Below, piece by piece: positions 34,121 through 47,584 of a DNA stretch of 64,000 bases; the stretch's first letter is position 1; each line of letters opens with the position of its first letter. Below the pieces are notes generated by a model. That model saw nothing but the letters and a program-made list of their open reading frames with translations. It ran no database searches and was not told where the DNA came from. The stretch comes from Malacoraja senta (Eukaryota). The stretch lies in the NCBI GenBank assembly GCA_038087875.1, contig CM075988.1, positions 4,340,001 through 4,404,000 on the forward strand. Direction: 5' to 3'. The position numbers and the translations under genes are program-made.

Positions 34121-37100
34121 GCTAATCTAATCTAAACACCCCAAACTCTGCAAGCCTACTCTTCAATGGTATGAACATTAAACTCTACAATTTCAGATAA
34201 CCCATCCCCCCTGAGTTCCTTTCCTACTCGCTCCACTCCACCCAGGGTCTCTCTCCCTTTGTTCACCTTTTCCACACAGTCCCTCGTCATTGTCCCACCT
34301 TTTTTCCCCACCATTTCCAACCTTTTTCCATTGGCCTGTCTACATTTGTCTTCACTAATCTTTTCCTCTTCACATATCTAAAGAAGCTTTTACATTCAGT
34401 TTTTATATTCCACGCAAGCTTTCTTTCCTGCTCTATTTTCCCACATAATTGACCCCTATGTCCTCCTCTGTGTCTATCTTAAGAAACAATTAGACGGGTA
34501 CATGGGTAGGATGGGTTAAGAGGAATATGGGCCAAATGCAGGCAGGTGGGACTAGTGAAGATGGAGCATGATGGTCGGTGTGGGCAAGTTGGGCTGAACA
34601 GTCTGTTTCCACGCTGTTAGACTCTATGACCCTACAAACTTGAAATAAGACACTGCATCCTGTTCTGATAACAATGGATGAGACAGAGGAGAACTAAAAG
34701 TTAATCTTGACTATGAAGAACAGACAGTAGAGTAAATAAAAGGCACAACATGCTGGAGTAACTCAGTAGGTCAGGCACTTTCTCTGGAGAACATAGATAG
34801 GTGACTTTGCAGGTTAGGTCCCTCCTTCAGACTGATTATGATTGGGGTGGGGGGGGTGCGGGTTGTAAAAGCTGGAAGAGGGTGGGCAGGACAAAGCCTG
34901 GTAAGTGACAGGTGGATAAAAGTGTGGGGGAGGAGGGTGTAAGTAAGCTGAAAGAGAGGGGCAGGACAAAGTGTGGCAGGTAATAGGTGAACACAGCCAG
35001 AGGGGGTGGGGGTTGATAGGCAGATGGTTGGACAAAGGCCAGAGGTAAAACGACCAAAGGCATGAGATAAGGAGAGAAGTACAAATTGTGAAGCCAGAGA
35101 ATGAATTGTAGATGGAAGGGGATGCGGGAAAGGGGAAGTGGGGAAATTATTGTAAATGTGTATGAAAGAACTGCAGATGCTGGTTTACACCAAAGATAGA
35201 CACAATTTTGTTTTTGCAATACAACAGCAATACAACAATACAACAACATTTTATTTGTTGTCATTTGAACCTCATTGAAGTTCAAACGAAATTTGGTTTC
35301 TGCAGTCATACAACAAGAAAAGAACCAAGACACAACACAATTTACACAAACATCCATCACAGTGAATCTCCTCCTCACTGTGATGGAAGGCAAAGTCTTA
35401 TCTCTCCCCTACACTCCCCATTCTCCTCCCGATGTCAAAGTCAAAGCCCCCGGCGGGTGATGGTAAATAAGTCCCGCAGCCATTAAAATGCTGGAACAGG
35501 CAGCATATCCGGATAGAAGGAATGGGTGACGTTTTGTGTCAAGACCCTTCTTCAGACTGAGAGTCAGGGGAGAGGGATGCAAGAGAGGGATACAAGAGGA
35601 AGGGTAAGGTGTGAAAACGAGACATTAAAAGAGATGTGGATCAAGGATAATCTAGAATAGATAGTAGGATTAAACGAGAACTTGCCAGTTTGAAGTTTGA
35701 TCTTTATTTTATGAGGGGTTACGTTGAGGGATTACGTGAAGAAGAACCCGTCCAGCCGCACACGCGTCAATCTTCAAAGCAGCGGAGTGAAATCACAGAC
35801 AACAATAACTGAAGTATGATAGTAAGATACGTAAAGACTAGAACTACCAGCTCGATCTTTATGAGGGCGGGAGCGGAGGGCACACAGTCCCTCAACGTAA
35901 CTCCTCATAAAATAAAGATCAAACTTCAAACTGGCAAGTTCTCGTTTAATCTTACTATTTTACTTCGGAGTCACGTGAGTGACTACGTGAAGATTTCAAA
36001 GCTCTGTGATTTCATGCCGTAGATTCAAATCCAGGCGTCTCACTGCATTGATTGACTCTAAATAAGTAAAGCAATCAACAATGCATAACCACAACATGGA
36101 TGCAATCAGTTAATGGTTAAATTATCACCACAATAGTAGCCCCTTTATCACAAGAGGAATACTTAATACTAAATCCAAAATAGCACCACCAAATAACCAC
36201 AGGTACTATAATCTCCTTATGGTAATACTTATGAAACATTCTTTCACTTTGGCCTATGGCCGCGAATATATGTTCTATTGGAACATCCAAATCCTTGGCC
36301 GCCGATGTTGATGGTGCCCTGGTGGAATGAGATTAAAATTTGTCAGTATCAATACCTGCATCAAGCAACACCTGCTTCAGCCATCTTGAAATAGTCTGAA
36401 CCGACATTTTCTTATGCAGCTATTTATGGCTAATAAAAATGCTGATACTGCACCTCTTAAGATTCTGGTGGCTTCAATCTAACATTGTAAATGTGATACT
36501 ACACATAGACATGGATCCGTAGGATATGCTGAAAACCCCAACTTACATCCTATGATTCCAGATCTACTCTGTTTAATCAAATCATAGAAATAGAACATAC
36601 TAGTATCTGTTGCTATTTCCATCATGTCTATTCATAGTTTCTGCAACGTTTGCACTCTCTGTGCTGAAACCAGTGCCCTGAACATAACTACCTTAATGGT
36701 AATTTAGGCCAAGGACAGCACTGCAATAGGAGTCCATTAACAACAAGCATAACACATCTCTAACATTCCAGATTTTTGTATACCTGTGTCTAGGAGGCTT
36801 AGAATTGAAAATTCACTTCATAAATCTTCAGACCAAAGGGTATAACCCTACAAAATTTTATTCTGATCTCCTCCATAGATATGCGGAAAAGGCACTCCTT
36901 GCAGTATTCATAGCACTATAGCTTATCTGTCTAATAAAAAATAAAGAGTTGACAGAAACTCTAACACGTCTGAGATGTCTGTAGTGTGATATGTAATATT
37001 CTGCCTTAAGCAAAACATATCCCATTTCCTTATGTAAGAAATGTACTGCTTCTGGGTACTATCCCTCCAGGTTGCAATAATATCCACAGTACGATCTGAT

Positions 37101-38128
37101 AGTCCTCTTCCGATATATGGCACACCTTAGAATCTGCAAATCAACAAACCAATACGATTTATGTAAAGGATGTGAATCATCAGTTATAGGGTGCACAAAC
37201 AGGTTACTTCTGTTTGGGAAAATCATAAGAGGCTTTGTGATCATTTTTAACACCAGAGGGTACCATGGTTGTGTAGGTCCAATCTGGTACCACCAATACT
37301 CCCGAAGCGGAGTCCTGTTTGATCTTCTGTATACACTGACTAAATGAGGCAAACATGGAGAAAATGTATACAAAAACATTCTACCCCAATGCAGCGAGAA
37401 ACATCCACCGCTACTGCCCCAGGATCAGGTTCCCAAGACACATATTTAGGTAATTGGTGGTTAAGTCTGGATGCAAACAAGTCAATCTTTGCCGTGCAAC
37501 AATATTATTAAATTTGTCACGATCCAACATCCATTCTGTATTATCATTGAATTTACATGACCTTGAGTCTGCAACTATTTTGAATCTACCTGGTAGGTAG
37601 ATTGCCAAACCAAATATTTCTGGTAAAAACACCAGGTCCAGATCACGTTAGCCAGTCTATCACAAGATTCTGACAATACCACTCAAATGATTAACATACG
37701 TTCTATTCCGTAGTGTCAATCTATACCTAAACATGCAAACTTTGCATATCAGAGCAATAAGCTTTAGGCCATAAAATGTTCCTAAAACTCTCATTAATGA
37801 TCCCTTGTTATTGGATCAAAGGTACTTTCTCCACATTCCATCTACCTTCACAGCTGGAAATACTTATAAGTATGAACCCAACTTAGAGCACTAAAATTAG
37901 TCTTTAGCATAATGGAAGGTGTTTCAACCAGGATCTCTCTGGAGGCATTTGAGACACTCATGATCCATCATAGTATTCCAGTAATAACTGCAGCTGGCAA
38001 ATACATGGCCTGGCAAAAAATGCCCTAAATGTATTCTCCATGCCTATATCCATGCTTATTGTAAATGCTGATAATGCAGCGTTCTAAATTGTACAGCTGA
38101 AAATAAGCAATAGTTTGCAAAGCAGGCT

Positions 38129-38234
38129 TAATTGAGGGTTGGTGCTCTGTAATGAGCTTAATACAACTTCCAATTAAATGCCTAATTGAGGGTTGGTGCT
38201 CTGTAATGAGCTTAATACAACTTTCAATTAAATG
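38129..38234. repeat. ~54-bp tandem duplication inside DIRS copy 2
   Basis: taattgagggttggtgctctgtaatgagcttaatacaactt..aattaaatgc occurs twice. Confidence 0.85.
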
Positions 38235-39774
38235 CAGCCTTAATCCTTGGGCGGAATCACAATAATGTGTTCTCATTTAATAATGGAACCCAAATAATCA
38301 ATAACTGTGTTTGGTAATTGTTTAGATTTATCTGGATGGTTAATAAATCACCAAAGTGAGCTTGATTCTTGACACTCATGGTTCTGTTGTAGCCTCCCTA
38401 CAATCAGAATATATCAAAATAGGCCATTACCAAATGGCCCTGAGTTCTTAGTAATGCTAAGATTGGTTCCAACAGCCTGGCAAATAGTCTCAGAGCTAAG
38501 ACTAAACCTTAATACAATGTTTTAAGTTGCCATAATTGACTCATCCAGTTAATTTTAAAATATCTATGATTATTTACCATATACAGTCACATAGTAAAAT
38601 GCATTTTAAGATCTATGCTACCCATATAGCATTTTCTTGAAATTGGCTGCATAGTATTGGCAAATGTTCCAAAACTGTTTATTATACTGTACAAAAAAGG
38701 GTTAAAACTTGTCAGATCTAGAATAATTCTACACCCACCATCCTTATTTGCTCTCATAACACGCTTGGCATAAATTGATGGTGATGGTGAACTGACTTCT
38801 TAATCATCCCTTTTTCACAATATTTCATGTTTTGTCTGAATCTACATATTCTCTTATTTTGAGAAAATATGTGTCTGGTTTTAAATACCTTAGTAGGAGA
38901 AACCAAATATGGGTAAAATTCAATTCTAAACCCCACAATACTGTACAGTATAAATACATCAAATTGCCATTCTTATAGCAGGAATTGTAATCTTTCCCAA
39001 CTTGTAAGTGTAAAACATTAATATGTTTCTTACAGAACCAGACCCCCTACCTCAGGGTTTGCCTATGGCAATTGTTATCCCTTGACCTTAGTGGAATATT
39101 GTAACCTCCACATACCTCAGGAGGAGTGCGCCTACAACGCAAATATGGGAAAGACCGATTTAATCCTTCACTGTCCCCAGTCACCACACATTGGTAGGGA
39201 AAACTGCCTTCGATTTGATCTGCCAATCACACAGGATCATTCCTTTTTTGGCTAGATTCTTTCCAAAACACATTATTAGGCAATTAAATATTAGATGGTG
39301 TACAGAGCCCCCCAAACGTAGGGTATATATTAGGTCTTATAGCACTTTTATAAATACAGTTTATTTCAAAGTGCGCACTACACATGAGTGCTAATTCAAA
39401 CTTGTTGTGATATAGACACATGCTCTCCATCCAACCTCTGGTCAAAAGGCCATAATGCCTGACCAGTAATTTCAACACCCTCTCCCCTGCTGAGACTGCT
39501 TACAATGCTCAATACTGCGGGATTCATATTTATAGACAGCTCATACATGGTTAGAACCTGGAGCCGCTGGGAGAGCAAGTAATTTATTGACATTGCTAAT
39601 TTATCTCCCAATGGTTCCCCTGATAGTTTTGGAACCACACTTTTATATTTTGTGCCAAACCTGGTCCTTTAGGCTCTGTTATTGGGCTCTGGTCCTCATA
39701 TGATTCGTTTACTGAATCTTTGTATGAAATAATCCTCCTCATCGAGGGGCGAATTGGCATCCTGCTTCAGGTGT

Positions 39775-40205
39775 TTCTAGCGCTGGCTCTCCCATAGGCC
39801 TACGCATAGTAAACCCTTTCCCAGGTGCTCGCCGTGCGGGCTCTCCTGTAGGCCCATGCATAGGCAGCCCTCTTTCAGGTGCTGCTGGCGCTGGCTCACC
39901 TGTAGGCCAATGCTTAAACTGTCCTCTCCAGACATTGTAGACCAACGTATAAAAAATGCCTTTATCCAGGCATTGCTCACACTGGCTCCCCTGTAGGCAG
40001 GCGCTGAGCCGGACCTCCCAATTACTCCCTGCGCTGGCTCTCCCTTAGGCCAACGCTGAGCCAGACCTTCTAAAGCACTCCATGCGCTGGCTCTCCTATA
40101 GACCAACGCTAAGCCCGGACCTCCACCAGGCACTCCCTGCGCTGGCTCTCCTGTAGGCCAACGCTAAGCCGGACCTTCCCCAGGCATTTCCTGTGCTGGC
40201 CTCCC
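39775..40205. repeat. ~54-56-bp tandem repeat in the gag region of DIRS copy 2
   Basis: Repeated gctggctctcctgtaggccaacgctaagccggacct. Confidence 0.8.
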
Positions 40206-40731
40206 AACGCGGTTCTGAATAGAACAAAATATCTGCCTGAGTCGGGGATCCTCCGGTCTGACTTTCCAGAGTCTACTGGCCACCCGGCCTATTTCTCTTG
40301 CGCTCTAATGGCGCTACAACGGTATATATATTACCGTATAAAATCAAAAGGGCGCCCGCTACTCGCAGACCCACGGTCTCTTGCGTTACCTGCGGTATGC
40401 CTCTAAATCCTTTATTCATTCTGACTTGTGTTGCCCCAACTACAAGTCCTCTGAAGAAATCGACCAGAAAAACATAAGTAAACACTTACCTTCAGACTTT
40501 TTACTTACCGGTTTGGAGGAGCTCTGCTCACTCCAAACACATCGGTCACTGCGCTATGCGTCTGACGATATGACGCATGTGTGGCTGGACGGGCTCTTCA
40601 CGTGACTCCGAAATAAAATCATAGTTATCTAGGAGAAGGTGACAACAAAGCATACAGAGATAAAATTAAATTGTGGACAGTCAGACTGGTTGGGTAACTG
40701 GGAAGGGGGAGGGATGGAGAGGGGGAATGCA

Positions 40732-41012
40732 TCATCATCGTTGCAAACATCAACGGGCACAGTGCCTTACAATGTTATGTACGACAGTGATCGCAACTTC
40801 TACTGAAGTGTGGATGGCCGTTGGCTCGCTAGGAGCTCATCCGCCCTTTGACAGGCCTTGTTTTTGGACCTGCTGGGGGCCCACAACCCCCTCCTCACCT
40901 GGCAAACCCGGCAGGGGACACGGTTTAGTCGCCGACTATCCAACCATGGAGCAGGTAGCACGGGATTACATGGTACCCGTAGCAGGGGGAACTCCCCCCG
41001 ACCTGACCTGTA
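40732..41012 (-). mobile_element. Short structured retroposon with (GAT)n tail
   Basis: Interrupts the Penelope UTR; catcatcatc at the left end; hairpin-rich other end. Confidence 0.55.
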
Positions 41013-42164
41013 TCAGGGTTACTTGAAGTTAGAGAAGTCAATATTCACCAACAGTCTCTTTGTTTTTTAGCCTGTAGTTAAATGTTGTTTTAGTGTGTCC
41101 TTAGTTTTGTATTATGTGGTGGTTTTGGTGGGGTGGGGGGGGGCTTTTTAATCTCTTTCCTCAATGGAGATGCAACTTTTTCCGTATCGTATATCCGTCT
41201 GCACTGTGGCCTAACATCGTGGAGCTGGCGGCCTCTTGTCAGGGATCGACCTCGGAAGCTCCAACCGTGGGAGCCTGCGGACTTTCGGGACCGGCTTCGG
41301 GAGCTCCGAGCCGCAGGACCTTCGACCGACCCGATCACGGGTGTTGCGATCGCCTCGATGTGGGAGCTTCGATCACCGGCTGCAGGAGCGTCAATCCCCC
41401 CGACTGCAGATGGTTCAAGTGCCCCAACTGCGGGAGAAAAAGGAGGAACGAAGATAAGACTTTATTGCCTTCCATCACAGTGAGGAATGTGGAGGAACCG
41501 CTATGGTGGATGTTTATGTTAAATTTGTTATGTGGTTGTGTGTTTTATTGCTTTTTTGGTATGACTGTATGGCAAATCAAATTCCTCGTATGAAGTACAT
41601 GCTTGTTTGGTTTTCATACTTGGCTAATAAAATCACTTACAATTACAATTGCCGCTCGGGTGTAAGCTGCCCAAGCTAAATATGAGGTGCTGTTCCTCTA
41701 GTTTGCGTGTGGCCTCACTCTGACATTAGAGGAGGCCCAGGCCAGAAAGGTCAGTGTGGGAACGGGAAGGAATGTTAAAATGGTTAGTAACCGGGAGATC
41801 CGTCAGGCTTTGGTGGACCGAGCACCAAGTTTACATCGAGTTAAGAGACAAGAAAGAGTAAAAGAGATTAATTGGGTTGTTTTACTGCTACCTTATTGTA
41901 TAAATAAACTGATCGAGAAACAGGAGAGGCTAGTTGCAAAATTAATCCAGGGATCACAAGGGTTTTTGATTTTAATGTAAGTTGGACAAATAAATTGACA
42001 ACAGTTGTTTTCAGGGCAGTTTTATAGGACAATAAATCATAGAACCAGTGAGTTTAATGAGAATTTTCTTTGCAAAATGAGACAGTTAACTCACAATCTC
42101 AAATAGATCCTCTGGAGATGTGATCACATTATGATAGAATTTTGTTTGCAGTTGAAAACTATAA

Positions 42165-45100
42165 TTTTACTTCGGAGTCACGTGAGTGACTACGTGAAGA
42201 ACCCCGTCAGGGCGCATGCGCGTCATTACGTCGGACGCATTGGCGACAGCGGCAGCGGGAGCTCGGAGCTCCTTCTGCAACGTGAGTAAATACAGCTCCA
42301 CCAAAGTCGGGGAGACTTTGGAGGAGTTAGGAAAAGTAAATAAATTGTTTCTGTCTGTGTTTTTCCCCTATATACAGGAACAAGGAAGAGGTGCAGGCTG
42401 CTGCCGACAAGGAGAGAGAGAGCTGCGGGACGCAGTCTCTGAAAGGCAGCCTGTCACCTCGGGGGAGTCGCAAGCCGGTAGCGGTGCGGCCACAGACTTG
42501 GCAAAGTGCCCAGCCGGGTACACAGCCACCGCCAGTCGGGCGGTCAGCATACGCCAAGTCTGTCAGGGCTATAGACTCCGTAGAGTCGGGCCACGAGAGT
42601 CCCGTCGGGGACAGGATACCGTTCCTCAGCGGTTATCCAAAAGGAGCAGCTCATACAGGGCTGCTCCCAGAGACGCTCCAGGAGGAGTAGTGCAGGTGGG
42701 AAGCCATAGAGAAGGCTCCACTGGCAGTGCCTAGGAGAGGTTCTGTTTCATAAAGCCACACTCCAGGAGGAGTAGTGCAGGCGGGAAGCCTTAGGGAAGG
42801 CTCCGCTGGCAGTGCCTAGGAGAGGCCTGCTTCATAAAGCCATACTCCAGGAGGAGTTGTGCAGGCGGGAGGCCGTGGGGACGGCTCCGCTGGCAGTGCC
42901 TAGTAGAGGCCTGCTTGAAAGCACCCTCTTTGCAAGAGGTGAGTGCAGAAGGGCAGATACGCTCTGACCCTGAGTCCGACGACATCCAAAGGGAGGGTAG
43001 GCAGCTGCCAGAGCTGACACCGTGTGCAGCACGGTTTGCCATGTCGTCGGATGCTGGTGAGTCTCTGGGTGAGGAACTTGCCACCAGCATAAATGACCAA
43101 GTCTCACATCAGCTACAGGAGCTGACAATGGATGAGACAGTAACGAAGTATGAAGTCCCAATCAACTGAGGACAGTTAAAAGTTCCTGTTGGGAACAGGA
43201 AGAATTGGGGCACGATGGGCATACTAATAAAAGCCCAGGAGCATGTGAAGCTCCAGCATATTTTTAAAGTTGCTGGCATCTGGTATAACGAGCTTTGCCA
43301 GGATGGTGGATGGAGAGGCCATGACAAATTACAACAAAAGGCGCTATTGTGGAGTGCCCACTTTGAGATCAACTGCCTCCGCAAGATGCGATTAGACCAA
43401 CCATCAATGATAAATATGCTTCACTCTGCCAGCCTGGCACAGTGCAACCGGCACAGCTGTTTGGCGAGGATTTCGCACAGCAGGTGAAGGAGCTGGAGGA
43501 GGAGGCTAAGAAGCCAGCCACATATTCACCAAAGCGGAAGTATCCCTATAAGGGAGCAGACTGGTCCGGGCAAGGGACGAGTCCAGCTACGATGCAGCGC
43601 AGTTGGCGTTCGGCTGTAGCACCGCCACGGAGGTGAGATATCCAGCTCAAGGCCGGGGAAGAATGCCAGGTGGTAAGGAGGTAAGAGGGTCTGGTTCTCA
43701 TGTAGACAGATCTAATGTGATACAATTAAATGTTTACCTCAGATATGTTTATACTGAAGGTTATTCAAGGGCATTGAATAAAGCTTAAATGCAAATTCTG
43801 ATTTACCCATGCAACATGTTCCAAAAACGGGGTTTGTCTTCAGCTCCTAGAGGGATTGCAAAGTTGTTAAAACCTATTCTAGGCATGAAGAGAAGTCAAG
43901 GTCATGTGATCATGGTTTAGCTAGATATCTTGATTGTAGGACAATCAAAGGAAACAGCTGAAGCATCAGTGGTAGTTGGTAAAAACCATTTTTTAATTGG
44001 GCTTTATAAGCTATTCTGAGGAATCTAAATTTATACCTGTGACACAAATTCACTAGTTGGGTTCACAATGGACTTAATCAACATCATTGTGACCTTGCCC
44101 AGGCAAAAAAGGGGACAGCTAATTAAGAGCTATATCAAGTTAATTGCTAACACACAGCCTTCAATTAGCCAGGTGACAAGACTGCTGTGGTCATGGCTGG
44201 CAGCATTTCCAGCAGTTTAATATGGCCACTTTATTATCTACAATTACAAAGGTCAAAGGAACAAGCATTGAGGATACATTGGGATCATTATAATAGACCT
44301 ATGCTTCTATCAATAGAGGCTGTTGCTGATGTACAATGGTGGATTCAGCATGTGTCCACTAGTAGTTCCAAAGTGTTATTGGACCAAGCTTCCATGATTT
44401 GCAGACAGATGTCAGAGCACTTCGGTAGGGTGCTACTGATACAAGATCCAGCGGTGGAGACAGATGAACATTGCTTCTGCATACATGGGGAATTAACCAA
44501 GAGTATTTTATGGACTCAAGGCTTATGGCACTAACTAAACTAGTTGGCATGTGCAGTGCAAAATAGACAACACTGCAGCAGTTGCTGATATGAATCACAT
44601 GGGTGGAATCAAATCGTTATCATGTGACAGGTTGGCAAATACAATTGGACCTGGAGTAGGGATAGAGAGATTTGGATTGGAGCTATCTATCTGCCAGGGA
44701 AACTTAATGTAGTACCAGATGGCAGCTCACGAAAATTCCATCATAACACAGAGTGGATGTGGAACCAGGATGTGTTCAAGAACATAGTACTTCTATATGG
44801 AAGGCCAAAATATGTTTCATAGGCACCAGAGCCAGGGGCAGTGGCAATTGATGCTTTTTCACTAAATTAGGATGATATGTTTGTGTACATTTTCCCACCA
44901 TTCTGCCTCATAGGTCGGTGTTTGAGAAAATCAAGCAGGATGCCGCTTCAGGGGTTTTGGTGATACCAAATTGCCTGATTCAATCATGGTTCCCTTTGAT
45001 GTTACAGATAGCGATCCAACCTCTTTTTGCTGATTCCAAACAGTAGGAATTTGCTGGAGCATCCAGTAACGCATTAAGTTCATCCGTTATGTGACGGTAT

Positions 45101-46656
45101 GGATCTGTTTGTTTGCAGGTTTCAAGAATGCCTTACATTGGTCGAGGACTTTCTAGGCCAACGGTGTATATACTCGCTGCAGTCTGGAGAAAGAGTACTC
45201 AAAAACAGTATATGACTTATGAAAAAAAAAAAAAAAAAGGAACAATATTGTGTTCAAAAGAATATTCAATATGATACTGTAGTTATTGAAAATGTGTTGG
45301 AGTTTATCTACACTTTATTATGATGAAGGTCTTAGCTATACTGCTATCAATATAGCTAGAAGTGCTTTGTCCGCATATCTTGTAATAGGTACACGGACAC
45401 AAAGTATAGGTTCTCACCCTCTCATATCTAGGTTGATGAAAGGAATCTAATTCCAAACCGCCTAAGCCTAGGTATATGGTAATCTGCGAGGTAAGCGTTG
45501 TTCGTAACATACTTCGTCATTGGGTCCCTGTCACGGCTATAACTTTGTTAAAATTAACCATGAAATTGGCTATGCTAATGGCATTGGTGTCAGTACAGAG
45601 AGTGCAGACTTTCCAAAAAACTTCAGTTCGAGAGAATGGAAGTGAATACAGAGAATGTTCTGTGTTATATTTCTGACCTGCTCAAACAAAGCAGGCCAGG
45701 TGTGACAGGTTTTAAGATTGTGTTCTCAGCATATCCTACAGCTCCATGTTTATGTGTAAGGACACATTTGTTACATTACATTGAAGCCACAAGGGCTTTA
45801 AGACAAGAAGAAACAGGATTATTTGTCAGTTACAAAAAGCCAACATAAAAGAGTGGCAGTTCAGACTATCTCAAGGTGGTTAAAGCAAGAGTTGGTTCAG
45901 GCAGGAATTAACATTTATGTGTTTACATCTCATTCCACTAGCGCAGTAGCAACATCCGCGGCCAGGGCGATGGACGTTCCCATCGACCATATATTAAAAG
46001 CCGCAGGTTGGAAAAATGAACTTGTGTTTCAGCAATACTACCATCGGCCGATTGCCGATGGAGGGCTGTTTGCTAACTCAATATTGAGTGCTGTTGCTAT
46101 TGTTTAAAGTCTGTTTTCAATACTGTTTCATTCTGTTTCGTTTGTTGCCCTACATTAAGAGGGTTTATTGGTTGTTTTATGACTAAAAATAAAACTGTTT
46201 TGTTTTTGCATGATATGTAATGTCATGTTTACAGCATTATTGATGATACTCAGTCAATCGATGCAGTGAGAAGCCGGGATTTTGATCTGCGGCATAAAAA
46301 TCACAGAGCTTTAAAATCTTCACGTAGTCACTCACGTGACTCTGAAGTAAAATAGTAAGATTAAACGAGAACTTACCAGTTTGAAGTTTGATCTTTATTT
46401 TATGAGGAGTTACGCTGGTGATTACGTGCCCGCCACGCCCAACCCTCTCTCATAGAAAAAAGGTCATAATGGTAGTTCTCATGTTGATCATCTTAATATG
46501 TTACTTCAATTATGGTTTTGTCTGTGATTTCATACCGCTGCTTTGAAGATTGACGCGCATGCGCCCTGACGGGTCTTCTTCACGTAATCACCAACGTAAC
46601 TCCTCATAAAATAAAGATCAAACTTCAAACTGGTAAGTTCTCGTTTAATCTTACTA
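42165..46656 (+). mobile_element. DIRS1-type retrotransposon, decayed, partial RT deletion (copy 3)
   Basis: Termini ttttacttcggagtcacgtg...aatcttacta; ICR 46317-46428; Gag, RT (GLSSAPR), RNase H/MT and YR (VSVQRVQT, TISRWLK, HSTS, AAGWK) remnants. Confidence 0.92.
42676..42915 (+). repeat. ~84-bp tandem repeat (about 3 units) in gag of DIRS copy 3
   Basis: ctccaggaggagtagtgcagg...ggctccgctggcagtgcctagg repeated. Confidence 0.85.
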
Positions 46657-46817
46657 TTTTGAATTTAAATGAAGCCAGTTGTCTAGAGGTGAGGGCTGTT
46701 TCATCTTAGCTAGTTGGGGAGTTAGAGTGAAAGATTGAACAGATGATTAACAAGGGAATATTCAAGGAATATTTCAGAATTCTCAATGCAACTGTATTCC
46801 ATTGAAATATAGAAATA

Positions 46818-47236
46818 GTAGTAGGCCCCCTCGGTCATGACTGACCATGGGTGATGCATTCTGGTTGGCTGCAAGGCTGGGCAATGTCATATGGAGGACA
46901 GGCTGTTGCCCATGCAACAAGGGCCCCCCCCCCTTTCCACGTTACTGATCGATCCAAAGGAACAGCAGGGCCGTTACAGTTTGGCACCAGCGCCGTCGCA
47001 GGAGCTGCCAGAGCGAGGTTGTAGACAACGACGAACTGCCTTAGGGGCTCCGACTCCGGATTTTCTTGACGTTTACTCCTGGAGTCTTTTCCATGACTGG
47101 ATATGGCCACAAGGCAGTGGAGGTTTTAAATCAGAGTTTTCCTCTCCTAGATGGACTGCTGACGAGCCCCATCTGCCCGAGGGGGCGGGAGCATCTACCT
47201 TCCCGTGCAGGTCTATAGCACCTGCCCACTGTCCGT
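46818..47236 (-). mobile_element. 419-bp non-autonomous retroposon (RTE-like) with 12-bp TSD and (TAC)n tail
   Basis: TSD aatatagaaata at 46806-46817 and 47237-47248; ctaggagaggaaaactctg motif resembles RTE 5' UTRs. Confidence 0.7.
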
Positions 47237-47584
47237 AATATAGAAATAATTCACCTGTTATTAACTCTAGAAGTTAAGGAAGCATTGCTTTAAAGAAAGA
47301 AAAGACACAAAGTGCTGTAGTGAATCAATGGGTCAGGCAGCATCCCCGGGGAACAGGGATAGGTCATTGGCGACCCTCTTTGATTGGACTTTACTGGCTT
47401 TATCTTGCACTAATCATTATTCACATTCTTCCCTTTATTATCATGTATCTGCACACTGTGGATGTCTTCATTGTAATCATGTATTGTCTTTCCACTAACT
47501 GGTTAGCACGCAACAAAAGCTGCACACTGTACCTCGGTACACGTGATAATAAACTAAAAGCAAACTCATGTTTCGGGTCGGAAC

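Larger units (their letters stand above)
35662..40618 (-). mobile_element. DIRS1-type retrotransposon, full-length but decayed (copy 2)
   Basis: Same termini and ICR (35881-35993); RT remnants GGCRIILDL and IDLK at ~38400-38750; RNase H/MT at ~37150-37750; YR at ~36200-37120; many stops and frameshifts. Confidence 0.9.
35487..41830 (-). mobile_element. Penelope-like 3' end split into four pieces (35487-35660, 40619-40731, 41013-41050, 41651-41830)
   Basis: Pieces rejoin (gaatagat|catagttatctagg; caatattca|ccgctcgggtgtaagctgccc) and match the copy at 57010-57615. Confidence 0.7.

Noticed and set aside
47160..47236. Possible HDV-like ribozyme at the 5' end of the 419-bp element
   Set aside because: Only simple hairpins found; no consistent P1/P2/P3 pseudoknot
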